Part shown: one piece after another, positions 52,538 to 64,000 of the stretch | How the letters are laid out: every line of letters begins with the position of its first letter | How positions within the stretch are numbered: position 1 is the first letter of the stretch | DNA from: Octopus bimaculoides | Lineage: Eukaryota | Assembly (NCBI RefSeq): GCF_001194135.2 | Contig: NC_068983.1 | Coordinates: 87,055,285-87,119,284 of the forward strand | Length of the DNA: 64,000 bases | Reading direction: 5' to 3' | Translations under genes and position numbers: made by a program | The notes under the pieces: model-generated | The model's database searches: none | What the model saw: only the letters and a program-made list of their open reading frames with translations | What the model was told of the DNA's origin: nothing

Positions 52538-53328
52538 GGTTTGATTACATCTTGTATATGTTCTTTCCACTTTCATCAATTATGTTAGTTGGGTGTATAT
52601 AATTTTTCTTTTGTTGTATGTAAAGGTAAACATTAGAGTAGTTGAGTTTTATTGATAAATAAGATATTTCAGTTTTGTTTGAGTTTTTAAAATGTTATTT
52701 ATACTCAATTTCTTTTATTGTAAAAGATTTAAGTAAGGATATTGTGAGAGGATTACATCTGGATACTCTTCTGGCAAAGACTGTGGCTTCTCATTACTTT
52801 TAAATGTTGACGGTCCTTAAAAGTGTCCAATTGCTTGGTTAATAGAAATGTAAAATAAAATTGATCACATCATATGTTAGGTGATGTAATATGTAATTAA
52901 CCTTTCTTTCTTTTTGTTAAAGTAATAGGCAGCAAATTGGTAGAGTCGTTAGCATGTGCATTAGAGTGCCTTTCAGTATTTGTTTTGACACTGGGTGCTC
53001 TGAATTCAACTTTGCCTTTCATCCTTTTGGGTTGATAAATAATGTGGATTTGTAAAACTTTTGGACTTGATACCTTGTGATATTTGTTCTGATTTGAAAT
53101 TTTGCTGTGGCCTACTTGGGTGGTAGACTTGATCCTTCACCCAGTTTCACATCACATCCTCACCCCTCAGTATCCTTCCTCCCACCTCTAAGCTAGTTCA
53201 GAGACTCTGAAGGGCCATGAGCACTACCTTCCCTCCCAATTAAAAATATGCTTGATTTGAGTCTACAGAGACTTGAAATCCCAAATAGTCTAATTGCTGA
53301 TCATGTACTCTCATAAATTTAGCTTTAA

Positions 53329-53533
53329 CCCTTTTGATACCAACTTGTATGAGACTGCACTTGGTTCTATGATACAAACTTTCTGTTTTAAATTGATCTA
53401 AGTTAAAACTTTCTCTCAAAGTTTCGTGTCAATTCCTGTTCCAAGCACCAGCTTAATAATGACTGAATTAATTATTAAATTCTTCATTATTTTCAAAATT
53501 AATTGGAACAAAAGAAATATAGTAATGAAAGGG
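53329..53533. mobile_element. piggyBac-like MITE
   Basis: TTAA|CCCTTT ... AAAGGG|TTAA; related decayed copies in reverse orientation near 22890-23000 and 26950-27165. Confidence 0.7.
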
Positions 53534-54077
53534 TTAATTCAAAGCAAAGTGGAATTAATAGTAGGACTATTAACTCCTCTTAACATCCTATTGAAAATTT
53601 TGTAAGTCAAAAGTTGACCCAATCCCATTATGATTCTATTACAGAAATGAATGTTAGAAGATGAGGTTAGAGTCTTTTAGATTAGTGAGTTCCTCATTAC
53701 TTTCAAAATTGTATGATTCTTGTGATATTGTGCATTTCAGGACTGGCTGACTGATGTACCCTTATGTGGAATTGTGTTGTTTGAAAAATTAAGTGTTAAT
53801 GTTGTCATGTACAAAATGGATTGTGTTACAGATTAGATTATAAACTATGTATAAGATGTTGTTATAAGACAAGAGAAATGTATTGTTTTGTTTGTCCTCT
53901 GATAGAAACAAAAGTTAAGTTGGGGTGAAATATGAAGGTTTTGTGCACTTTAAAACTCATAAACATACTCAAGTGGTTCATGTATTTTGTACACATTCTG
54001 TGATCAATGTGATCACGAGTCATAAATTGAAATTTGATACCCATACCCACTATTGCTATGTTTTTTCCTTTACTCAG

Positions 54078-54216
54078 ATGCGGTAAAGATTACCTTCTTG
54101 AAGCTATTGAATTGATGACGCCACTGTTTCCATCTGCTTCCTCAAAGGAGAAAATTCTGTTTGGTCAAGCTAATCTTTTACTTTATATATTTGAACATGA
54201 AGACTTCTGCCAAAAG
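54078..54216 (+). CDS. ESPL1: Separase coding exon 9
   Basis: TTTACTCAG acceptor; KCGKDYLLEAIELMTPLFPSASSKEKILFGQANLLLYIFEHEDFCQK; donor GTTATT; phase 2-0. Resembles human DAIREALQLL...AQALLWLYI. Confidence 0.82.
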
Positions 54217-55770
54217 GTTATTGTCGCATTCAATTTTTTATTCAGTTAACAAAAAAAAACTATTAGTTTTTTTAATCTTTTTAGTCATTTTTAAAATATT
54301 TAATGTCAGTTATTTTAATTTTATATTTTGTAATCAAAGAATAATTACTCAAATACTTACTGAACATACATAAGGAGTTACAATTCTTCTTTTTCTTTTA
54401 ATTAAGAATTATTTTATGAATGAGTCACACTCTTATATGAAATGTTTAAGCTAAACTCTTTCTGTGTAGAAATTATTATCCATTAATATTATTATTATTA
54501 TTAATAAGGCATTGGATGATTGACAAAGTTGTTAGAGCAGTGGATAATATGCTTTACAGTATTTATTCCAGCTTTTATGATCTGAGTTCAAATCTCACCA
54601 AAGTTGACTTTGTATGTATGAGTTATGTTCTGAGATCAATTTAATCATCTATCACCACCGTATTTAATTTCTGGCCTTGTGCCTGTGTTAGAAATAATTG
54701 TTATAATTATTACAAGTAGATTGGTAGAATCATTAAAGTGCCAATTAACACCCTACCCTCAAAACTGTTGGTTTTGTGCCTTTACTGGAAATTATAACAA
54801 GATGTGGATGGCAGTAATAGTAGAGATGGACAAAATGCCTTGTAGTATCTAATTACTACACTTTATGTTCTGAATTTAAATCTTGCTTAGATCCACTTTA
54901 CCTTTTATATTCCAGTGTCAATAAAATAACTACTAGCTGAGCAAACAAAGGATCATCTGTTTATTTTCTCAATATGTTAGATATAGTAACTAACTTACCC
55001 TTCAAGTTATACCCTACCATCTTAAATAGGGACATGACGTATTGGATCTCTTAGAAGAAATGGGATTATCATGATTGCTAATTCTTTGCTTATAGGTGTG
55101 CTGGATCAGGACTGACCTGGGGCTAAATGATAACAAATAACTATCAGTCAAGTACTAGAGAGAGCATAATTGATTAGACCCTGCACTTGTTTTCTTAAAT
55201 TGCATGTTGAATTGTGTCTTATTAAAAGATTGGTCATCATTGTCTTAATTTTACATCTGTTTTTCCAAGCTGGCATCAGTAGGATGGGTTCATTTTACTC
55301 AGCACCATTTTACTTGTAAAGACCCCTCATCATCTCTTTTGTGAGGCCTAGTATTCTTAGATCAAACCTCGTCACTAAGTTGAGGTTTGATTACATCTTG
55401 TATATGCTCTTTCCACTTTCATCATTTATGTTAGTTGGTTGTGTATATAATTTTTCTTTTGTTGTTTGTAAAGATAAACATTAGAGTAGTTGAGTTTTAT
55501 TGATAAATAAGATATTTCAGTTTTGTATGAGTTTTTAAAATGTTATTTATACTCAATTTCTTTTATTGTAAAAGATTTAAGTAAGGATATTGTGAGATAT
55601 TCTTCTGTGATCAATGTGATCCTTTAAGTAAGGATATTGTGAGATAACTGGATATTCTTCTTTTTCTTACTGCTGCTATTAAATGCTTGTAATTATGAAT
55701 TTTAAATTTTCTTTATTTCTATTCTTCAAAGAGTTTATATTAACCTGAATTAATTTTTTTTTACTTTCAG

Positions 55771-56013
55771 TGTGCTAAAGGTTTCAAATCTGATGATGAA
55801 AATATTGAAGTGGACAAGGTTTCAGAAGAGAATCAATTTCAGCTTAGTCTAAAGAGGGAATTTGATCTAATGGAGAAACTGGAATTATTTTTGGAAATAT
55901 TTGAGAAATTATTTGGTGATAAGAAGACATTTGATGACATGCCAGCTATACAAATTACACAAATTCTACAAACTCTTCTTCTTGCCAATTCTATTTACAC
56001 CTTAACTCTCAAG
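55771..56013 (+). CDS. ESPL1: Separase coding exon 10
   Basis: TTACTTTCAG acceptor; CAKGFKSDDENIEVDKVSEENQFQLSLKREFDLMEKLELFLEIF...SIYTLTLK; donor GTAAGG; phase 0-0. Confidence 0.82.
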
Positions 56014-56287
56014 GTAAGGTCTACATACATACATACGTATGTATGTATGTATATTAAAGTAACACACTTGGTCGTGTTAACAAAGGGGTGTGGGTTTGAC
56101 TCCCATGTGGATAGGAAAGCCTTCTTTTTTCTGTCGAGGGCTTATATGCCCCTTTATTATACTATTTTCCTTAGTCATTGCATGGTGATCGCCAGAAGCT
56201 TTAAGTTTATATAAAAGTACCATTATTATTATTTACAGGATTGTAAATCATGGCGCTATAATAAAAAAAACCATTTGCTCTGAAAGC

Positions 56288-56341
<54 letters not shown>

Positions 56342-56361
56342 GTGCACATGCACTCACACAC

Positions 56362-56398
<37 letters not shown>

Positions 56399-58484
56399 TT
56401 TAGTCAATCAAATTCCAACAAAGTTTGATTTTCATATTTTTGTATTTTTTACAATTTTACAATATTACATATTACAATAATATGAGTACTTTCATGCTTT
56501 TTGTAATCTTCAGGTTTATGCAGTAACAGTTATTAACAGACAGTTGTGCTTCATGACAACTTATCAGTTGTGAAGGACAACTGTCTGTTAAAACTGTCAT
56601 TGCATAAGCATGAAAGTACTTGTATTATTGTAAAATTGTAAAAAATACAAAAATAAAATGTAAAAATCAGATATGTTGGAATTTGATTGACTACTATATT
56701 TATCTATACACACCATCATCCTCATTTAACATCAGTCTTCCATGCTGGTATTGGATGGGTAGTTTGGCAGATGAGAAGCCGCAGAGCTGCATCAGGCTCC
56801 GATTGTCTGTTTTGGCATGGTTTCTATGTCTGGATGTCCTTCCTAATGCCACTTTGTTGTGTGTGTGTGCTGGGTGCTTTTTATGTGACATCAGCACAAA
56901 TGCTTTTTGCATGACACCAGCATAGGTACTTTTTATGTGGCACCAGTACCAGTGGGATCGCCAAGCAGCTTTTAAAACAACAGGCCATTTAGCTGAGAAA
57001 GGGAGTGAAACTGAGGGAAGAAACTGTGTGTGCCAGGTGGGAGGTTAGTGTATAATAGGGCAGTATAGTTGTCTTACTATTGAGGAGACACTTGATTACC
57101 CCAATAGGATAAGGAAGGTGGGAGAGAGAGAGAGAGAAATGGATGGTGTTGGAGATGTATTGGGGTCTCCCTACAGGGAACAGGAAGAGGGAGTATAAGT
57201 GGTACAGAGGGGATAGTGGAGGATGGTGAGAGAAAGTAGAGTGGCTGGAAGAGGAGTATGATAGATATATATATTCAACTTCTGTCTCTCCTTCTCCCAC
57301 ATATACACATACATGTGTTTATGTGAAAGAGAAAAGTTGGATATGAGAGGACTGTACAGACTTGTAGATGAAGGATGTATATGAAATGCTCTGCTGGAAA
57401 ATAACCCATTGAATGCATGAAAGTATAGAGAAAGAGATGATGATGTGTAAACTAACTTTGATATATATATATATAGTCTATTGGGTTAATCTGTATCTTA
57501 GAAAATGATTTAGTCATTGAATAGTTAAGCATCTTTTCTTTTCTTATTTACAAACATTAAAAAGATTTTTCAACTAATGTTTCCTCTTTCGTTTGTTAGT
57601 TGAATGTTTGTAGTGTTGAGAAGTGTATTTATTAAAATAAATGCTTAGGCATGTCTGGTAAAGTTTTTGTAGTTCTCTATCATCCATATCATCCATGTAA
57701 GCCTGAAAATCATTAGATAGAAGATGTACTCTGGATTTTGAGACTATATTTGTTTTTTCCTTAAAGTTATCAGTTTAATCTTGCTTTGCTATTCCTTGTA
57801 TTGAAACAGATCAGCTGTTTTGTAAATGTGTTTGTCATCTCATTTTACACCTGTTCTCCTATAATTCTTGAATTCACATACCCAAATCTGTGTTATTGAT
57901 GCTAGATTTGTAACTAGATACTTTATATGGCACTACTCATTCTGTTACAAAATTACTATCCATTTTACAACTGAGATGAGTAAAATAATTTGCTTTTGTT
58001 AAAACACTATAATATTCACTTGAGTGCAGTGCATACTTCTCCTAATGTGATATTTCTCCTACATCTTGCATTTCAAATCAATGGCATAATTTATCCTTAT
58101 GTTTTTTTTTACTTTTTACACTCATATATAATGGTAACTTATAATTTTGACTAGTGTTTGGTATTTAATTTCTTCTATTGTATACATGTAAATATTGTAT
58201 TATGTGCCACTCCTGCATTCAAAGAACTTTATTCTGGGGGACTACATGTAGTCTTTTATGTCCCTGCTGTACAGTAACCTTTTAAGCTTGCCTTAATTGA
58301 GTCAATCTTACTTGTCTCTCTATAATCTTTCTGAAACAAAATGCCCAAATGTCAGTGCTATAATAATTATCTAAAATAATAAACATCGTTTCTGCATTTT
58401 TTTTTATTATTAAAAAAAATTGATTGATTTAAAAAACACAACCAGCATATTTTCAACCTACATCTTTTCTTTTCTTATTTCTAG

Positions 58485-58760
58485 CCCCTGCATTCACTTC
58501 GTATATTGACAGTTGCTCTGCAAGTAGTTAATTTATCAGCTAATGTATCTGTTGAACTGCGCCATAAAATCATCTTGCATTTTTGTAGTACTCTTTCTTC
58601 TTTTGGTGCTGTGGAAGAAGCATGGTCTATATTAAATGCTATGTCTGATTCTGCATCAGATGCCAGTACAACTGCTAATATCAACAGTGAGGATTCTGAA
58701 ACTATGAGTTCACTTTTAAAGATGCTTACTCATGTAGAATTATTTTTGAAACAAAAGCAG
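58485..58760 (+). CDS. ESPL1: Separase coding exon 11
   Basis: TTATTTCTAG acceptor; PLHSLRILTVALQVVNL...ELFLKQKQ; donor GTATGG; phase 0-0. Confidence 0.82.
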
Positions 58761-59013
58761 GTATGGATAATTTTCATATTTTTATTCTTGTCTTTTCCAA
58801 AGTTGTATTACTATATATTAGAATCAATCTTCTTTAAAGCTTGCTTGCTCTTATTTGCAGAATTCTTGATAAAAAATATTGTTGCATGTTCGCAAAAATA
58901 CTGGATTATGGTAAATTAGATTTTCTAAATGTTGATATTTGTTCATATAATTTATTAATGTTAGCATACATTAACATTAGCATACATTATAAATTTATGC
59001 TTTTATTTATGTA

Positions 59014-60152
59014 TTAGGGTGTTTGGAAAGTAATTATATTTTTTCCCCACTATGAAATATGAATGAACCAACCACATCAGAGTCAAGGTTGAATGGGTGG
59101 GAATTGTCTAGAAATAGTATATCATCTCTTCTATCTGGCAGTGTGTCATTCATATTTATTTTGGTAATTAACGCTATGGAGGATAAGAATTTTATGAACC
59201 AACATATTTGCCATTGCTTACTGTATGAGTTTTGAAAGAAAAGTACCGCTACAGAAGCAATGAAAAGCATTTCTGAAGTTTATCCAGATGCAGTGAAAGC
59301 TCATACATGTCAGCTGTGGTTTAAAAGGTTTAATGATGTCACTTGTGACATATCTGACAAGCCTCACTCCGGAAGACAACCTTTTGAATGAGACTATTGT
59401 ATTGGATCCACGTTAAAGCACCAGAGATTTGGTGTAAAAATTTAATGTGTCATCTCCAACTATCCACAAACATCTCAAGCAAGTTGGGAAAACATGCAAA
59501 GAGGGAATTTGGGTTCCACATGAGCTTACACTTGAGAACTGAACACAACATTCCACCATCTGCAGCAATCTTCTAATCAGGAATAACAACCTGTCATTTC
59601 TGCAGTGCACTGATACAGGTAGCAAAAAATGGGTTTTGCATCACGTCCATTATGAGCTACTGGAACATGGAAGGACCATCAATGCAGATATCTATTGCCA
59701 ACAACTTGATTGTGTAAATAAAAAATTACGTTGGAAGAGACCAGCTTCAGTAAATAGAAAAGTTTATTCTCCAGCATGATAATCATGACCACACTCTTCA
59801 AAACAAACTCAAGAAAGTATAAAATCGCTAGGATGGGAAGTTCTTCCACATCCTCCATACTCACTTGACTTAGCACCTATAGATTTCCTTCTGTTCCAAT
59901 CACTAGAACATTTTATAAGAGGCAAAACATTCAGAAACAGAGGGGAGGTTGAAAACTGTCTTTTGAATTTTTTCTTCAGAAAAAGAAATGGGTTTCTATG
60001 AACATGGCATAAAAAAGTTATTTTCCTGTTGGGCTGTAGTCATTGAAAATGATGGTGATTACATTCTTGATTAAAACTATTTAGATAAATGTAGTTTACA
60101 TTCGTTTTTATATCCTTTCTGGTAAAACACAATTACTTACTGAACACCCTAA
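59014..60152 (+). mobile_element. Decayed mariner transposon (Hsmar1/cecropia-like TIRs)
   Basis: TA TSD; TIR TTAGGGTGTTTGGAAAGTAATT / AATTACTTACTGAACACCCTAA; relic peptides LLYEF, LWFKRF, DKPHSGR, WVPHEL, HPPYSLDLAP; many stops. Confidence 0.88.
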
Positions 60153-60210
60153 TATATATATAAACATTATCGCATTCTGAATAGCATTCTAAAATGTCTT
60201 GTGCTTTCAG

Positions 60211-60496
60211 TTTACCAAGGGTATTGAACTAAATCAAAAGGTTGCATCTCATGAAATCTTCCAAACAAACAAAACCAAACTTGCTTGTGCCATTCTAGGA
60301 TTTTCTAAACGTCTTTCGTCAAAGCTGAAACTTGTTCCTGCTACAAATAGTGATTGCTCTGATAACAGCTATTCCTATGATGAGTCACCACTAGAATTTG
60401 CTTATGAATCTGTGAGAATGTATTCAACTATAGTGCAGTACCTTAATAAACCAAATAACTTTGATTCATATACCTGTACTCCATTTGCTGATATAG
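60211..60496 (+). CDS. ESPL1: Separase coding exon 12
   Basis: GCTTTCAG acceptor; FTKGIELNQKVASHEIF...AYESVRMYSTIVQYL...PFADI; donor GTATGT; phase 0-1. Confidence 0.82.
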
Positions 60497-61087
60497 GTAT
60501 GTGATACTAGATTGTATTTGTACTTCCTAATGTTTGTTTTGGAATTATTAAAATTTTTTTTGTTTTTTATGTTCATCAGTTTTGGCAATTATCAACTTTC
60601 ATAAATGCAGATAAATTTCCCAATTACTACAGTTGGTTGTAGAACCTGATAATAGTTGATAAACAACAAGTAATACTATGTTTAAAGTATACCCCACTCA
60701 TTTTTCGTTTCCTTAACAGAAGAATTATTTGATTTCATATTAACCAATAAGTTAATGAATGAAAACAAATGAATTTACCTTACATGTCAATATTTGATTA
60801 TATTTTTCTCTATTATAGCCATTAATATATTGAAAGCTGTTATATTGCTTTGTACGAATGTGTGTGTCAGTATGTTTCTATTGAATTTTTTATTTTTGTT
60901 TTGCATAGAGTTGATTTCATTTAAAAAAAATTTTTTTATATAACTTGTGGTTTGTCTAGTATATAACATTGAATGGGGTTAGGCTGTGTCCCTATATTGA
61001 AATATCTTACTAAAAAGGCCAGTAGAGGTGGGGATAAAATAAAAATGTTTTGTTAAATAATTTGGACTATCTACCTTTAAGCAAGTA

Positions 61088-61424
61088 CTGTATTTGATGG
61101 TCTACAATACGCACGAGTGCATAGGACGCACCCTAGCATAGGCTATACTTTTGTAAAATAAATTATCTCTAAAATAATGTTTTAATTCCTCCACTTACCT
61201 GTATAATTTTGTTATTACTGGAAATTATAAGCAATTTATTGCATCTACATTCGATATAAACATACCGTAGGCTAGGCTACTAGGCTACATCTACGTGATC
61301 TCTGATGTATAATTTTGGCCAACATTTGCGAGTTTTGAACCTACATTGAGTGCATTGGACGCAGGAGGATTTTTTAGGCCATTTTTGGGTAAAAATGGTG
61401 CACCTTATAGGTCATCAAATACAG
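61088..61424. mobile_element. pogo/Tc1-like MITE
   Basis: TA|CTGTATTTGATGGTCTACAA ... TTATAGGTCATCAAATACAG|TA. Confidence 0.8.
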
Positions 61425-61858
61425 TAAATAGCACCTAATTTATTTTTGTATGGATATACTGAAGTGGTGCACATTATTTCAATTCTTTTCAACAATTTAA
61501 TTTTGATCATCTTCCAATTTTAAAATAATTTAAACATTTTGTTAAGTAAAATTGTCCAGGTAATCATCATTCCAGTCGAGATTAAACACCAAACTAATGA
61601 AGAACAATTAAAACCTGTGTAATTAAGTGTTCTTTATTTCTGCCAAAATCTCTCTAAAGAATCACAAGGGTGAATGTGATTTATTTTTTACTAACATCAT
61701 ATATTTGCAACCAGCATTTTATTTAGTGTACTATTTTTATCATCCTCCTCCACTTCTTTACAATGTTAAATTAGAGGTTTTGTTATATTTTACAAAATTT
61801 TATACTCTTGTTCCTTGCAACATTTTAACAGCTAAAGCTATTTTAAATTGTATTTCAG

Positions 61859-62033
61859 GCTGTAGTTGGGCTGGAAGCTTTGATGCCCTTGAAAAGTGGG
61901 AACTTGTTTCAAATCTGTTGGAATCTCTTCTTCATTTAAGTCTAATTTACTGTTATGTTGGTGATGAGAGAGAAGCTAAGTGTTTCATCAAAGAAGGAAT
62001 AAAACTGTCTTATATTCTGGCATTACCAAGATG
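61859..62033 (+). CDS. ESPL1: Separase coding exon 13 (last exon found in the window)
   Basis: GCSWAGSFDALEKWELVSNLLESLLHLSLIYCYVGDEREAKCFIKEGIKLSYILALPR(W). Aligns by eye to human separase QKWQVLSEVL...[26 protein letters not shown] at a similar cumulative position (~aa 1000). Donor GTAAGT. Confidence 0.88.
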
Positions 62034-62379
62034 GTAAGTTTTCTTCTTTTCTTTTGAAATAAAATCAATGATTAACTGAGATTTTAGCTTAAGGTGTTTG
62101 TCTATTAACACAGATTATGAACTGAAATCTTGATGCAGCTATTTTATTGTACTTTTAGAAAGGAAAGGTTATTCTGTTTCTGCAATAACAGGTTCAGTTT
62201 TCAGTCATTTTAACAATTAATAGATGACTTAAATTTTAAAATAGTTGTCATGGTCATAATAATTATCCTCATCATGATCAGATCATCATCATTATAATAT
62301 TTCTCTTCTTCATAATCCTCATATTCCTTATAATTCTCATCATGATCATCAACCTCATCGTAATCATAACCTAACAATG

Positions 62380-63150
62380 GCATTCTTCAATACCTTGAAT
62401 CTCTCTTTCTCCTCAGTGATCATTGGCTTTCACATTTCCAGATCTACTCTTTTATGTCACTCACCTGTAGGTTTTTGCTTTAGAGAAGTTTTGAATTCAT
62501 TGTACTGTTGTTGTTTTAGATACAGCAAAGCTATTGACCATATCTGTGGCCGGAAAATCTCCTATCAAAACTTCTTACTTATCTATTTCTCATCTCTTAG
62601 ATTGGTAGCTTCTTATGTTCATCATCATGGCATGTGTTGCTGGAGTTCTTTCTGCACCACTCTCAAACAACTCTGGTGTTCCCTCTGGTTTTGTCCATAA
62701 CTCTCTTCCTTCTGTACATCAATGATCTACTTGCTACTACTTCCAGTAATGCCTACTTTATGCAGACGATACAACTCTTTATTCTTCCCTAACTTTTCCT
62801 GCCTGTAACAGAGATTTTGAGAGATTCCTTCAGTGAAGCTATGCCAACCTTATCCCTTTTAACTGCAAAAAAAAACAAAACAAAAAAACCCCGAAAAACT
62901 CGAACACTATTTGTAGCAAGAAAACGTCACCATATCACACTCCTCTTAAACAGAGCAGCACTTAAAACCCTCACAGTCACTGCAATTACTGGGCCTCGGC
63001 CTCACTGAAGATCTCTTTTTGGTGAAAGCACAAGATCCTTATCATCAAGGGCTAGAGAATACTTTAGTCCTTAACAGCCATTGATACTGTACAAGGAAAA
63101 AGTGAGCCCCCCACCCTCCTATGAAAGACTGCTACCCCTATAACTGCGAT
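62380..63150 (+). mobile_element. Decayed CR1/L2-type LINE RT fragment
   Basis: GVPSG...LFLLYINDLL...YADDTTL across frameshifts (~62675-62780). Confidence 0.75.
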
Positions 63151-64000
63151 AGTACTATTATAATGGAATTATCATTATTTTAACATCCACTTATCCAGGC
63201 TTGCATGGGCTGGGTGGAATTTTTTAAAGCCAACTGTCTACATTCACATACCCTTCCTGTTTTCACAGAAGATTGGGAACAAATGACACCGCTTGCTTAA
63301 TGGTGACACTTGTTTACAACAATCATGAGATGTCAAGACAAAGAGACAGTAACACAGACACATACATACATATTTATATATATGATGTGTTTTTTCAGTT
63401 TCCATCTACCAAATCCATTTACAAGGTTTTGACCAGTTAGGGGCTATAATAGAAGACACTTGCTCAAAGTGCCATGCAGTGGGACTGAAACTAAAACGGG
63501 ATAGTTGGGAAGCAAACGTCTTCCTACATAGCTACTGCCACAGCCACCACCACCCGCCACTGCTTCTATTTTTCCAATTGCTGAATTGGGTTCGGTAGAT
63601 CTACCATTCTTTTTTCAGCTGGTATTATTTTGTGTCATGTAGCTTGTCTTTTATTGTGTGATGTCATCTGTTGTTATTGGTATACAATAGACGGTGCTAG
63701 TATAGTATGTGGTCTACCACGTTGTCAAACAGTATAGCCAGGGTTATCTACCTTAAATGTTCAGTTTGTAAAGGGAACCAATTTTTCCATTATACGGACA
63801 TTAACAACAAATTAAACTGCAAGCCGAGCCTGAGTTAAATTTTAGAACTAATATTTTTCTTTATCATGGATATACCCATGACCACAGCAGTGACTCTAAC
63901 AGGAAAATCTAAAAATACAGTAACTAACTGGTACAATATGTGCTGCGAGGTGTGTGGAGCCATAATTTATCATGTACGACGAGGGAGGATGGTTGAAACA

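Larger units (their letters stand above)
52537..55597 (+). repeat. Dispersed ~213-bp direct repeat pair (52537-52749 and 55383-55597) flanking separase exon 9
   Basis: AGGTTTGATTACATCTTGTATATG...GTAAGGATATTGTGAGA in both copies, with only a few substitutions and one small indel by eye. Confidence 0.9.

Overview
AT-rich, intron- and repeat-rich animal genomic DNA. The repeat content resembles octopus/coleoid cephalopod genomes (recalled similarity, not a database result). Two genes are transcribed divergently, with start codons only ~430 bp apart. Minus strand: a CFAP410/C21orf2-like LRR ciliary gene with 3 coding exons traced by hand (32942-33096, 10827-10892, 6858-7081) and a 22-kb first intron; its 3' exons were not found. 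Plus strand: the 5' half of separase (ESPL1), 13 GT-AG exons from 33525 to 62033, all phase-compatible, ~1018 codons, with no further exon found before the window end. Introns contain SINEs, decayed RTE and CR1/L2 LINEs, a Penelope-like element, mariner and maT transposons, and hAT, piggyBac and pogo-like MITEs. Most unusual items: (1) a 260-bp tRNA-headed SINE with a 14-bp TSD that carries an apparently intact minimal hammerhead ribozyme of the Penelope type (13225-13484); (2) an 849-bp TIR element with an 8-bp TSD enclosing an inverted-repeat-bracketed degenerate (CCCTAA)n telomere-like array (34786-35634); (3) a hAT-like MITE containing an exact 228-bp copy of neighbouring DNA; (4) a consensus RFX X-box deep in intron 1 of the ciliary gene. 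All coordinates were read by eye; repeat boundaries are approximate unless TIRs or TSDs are quoted.
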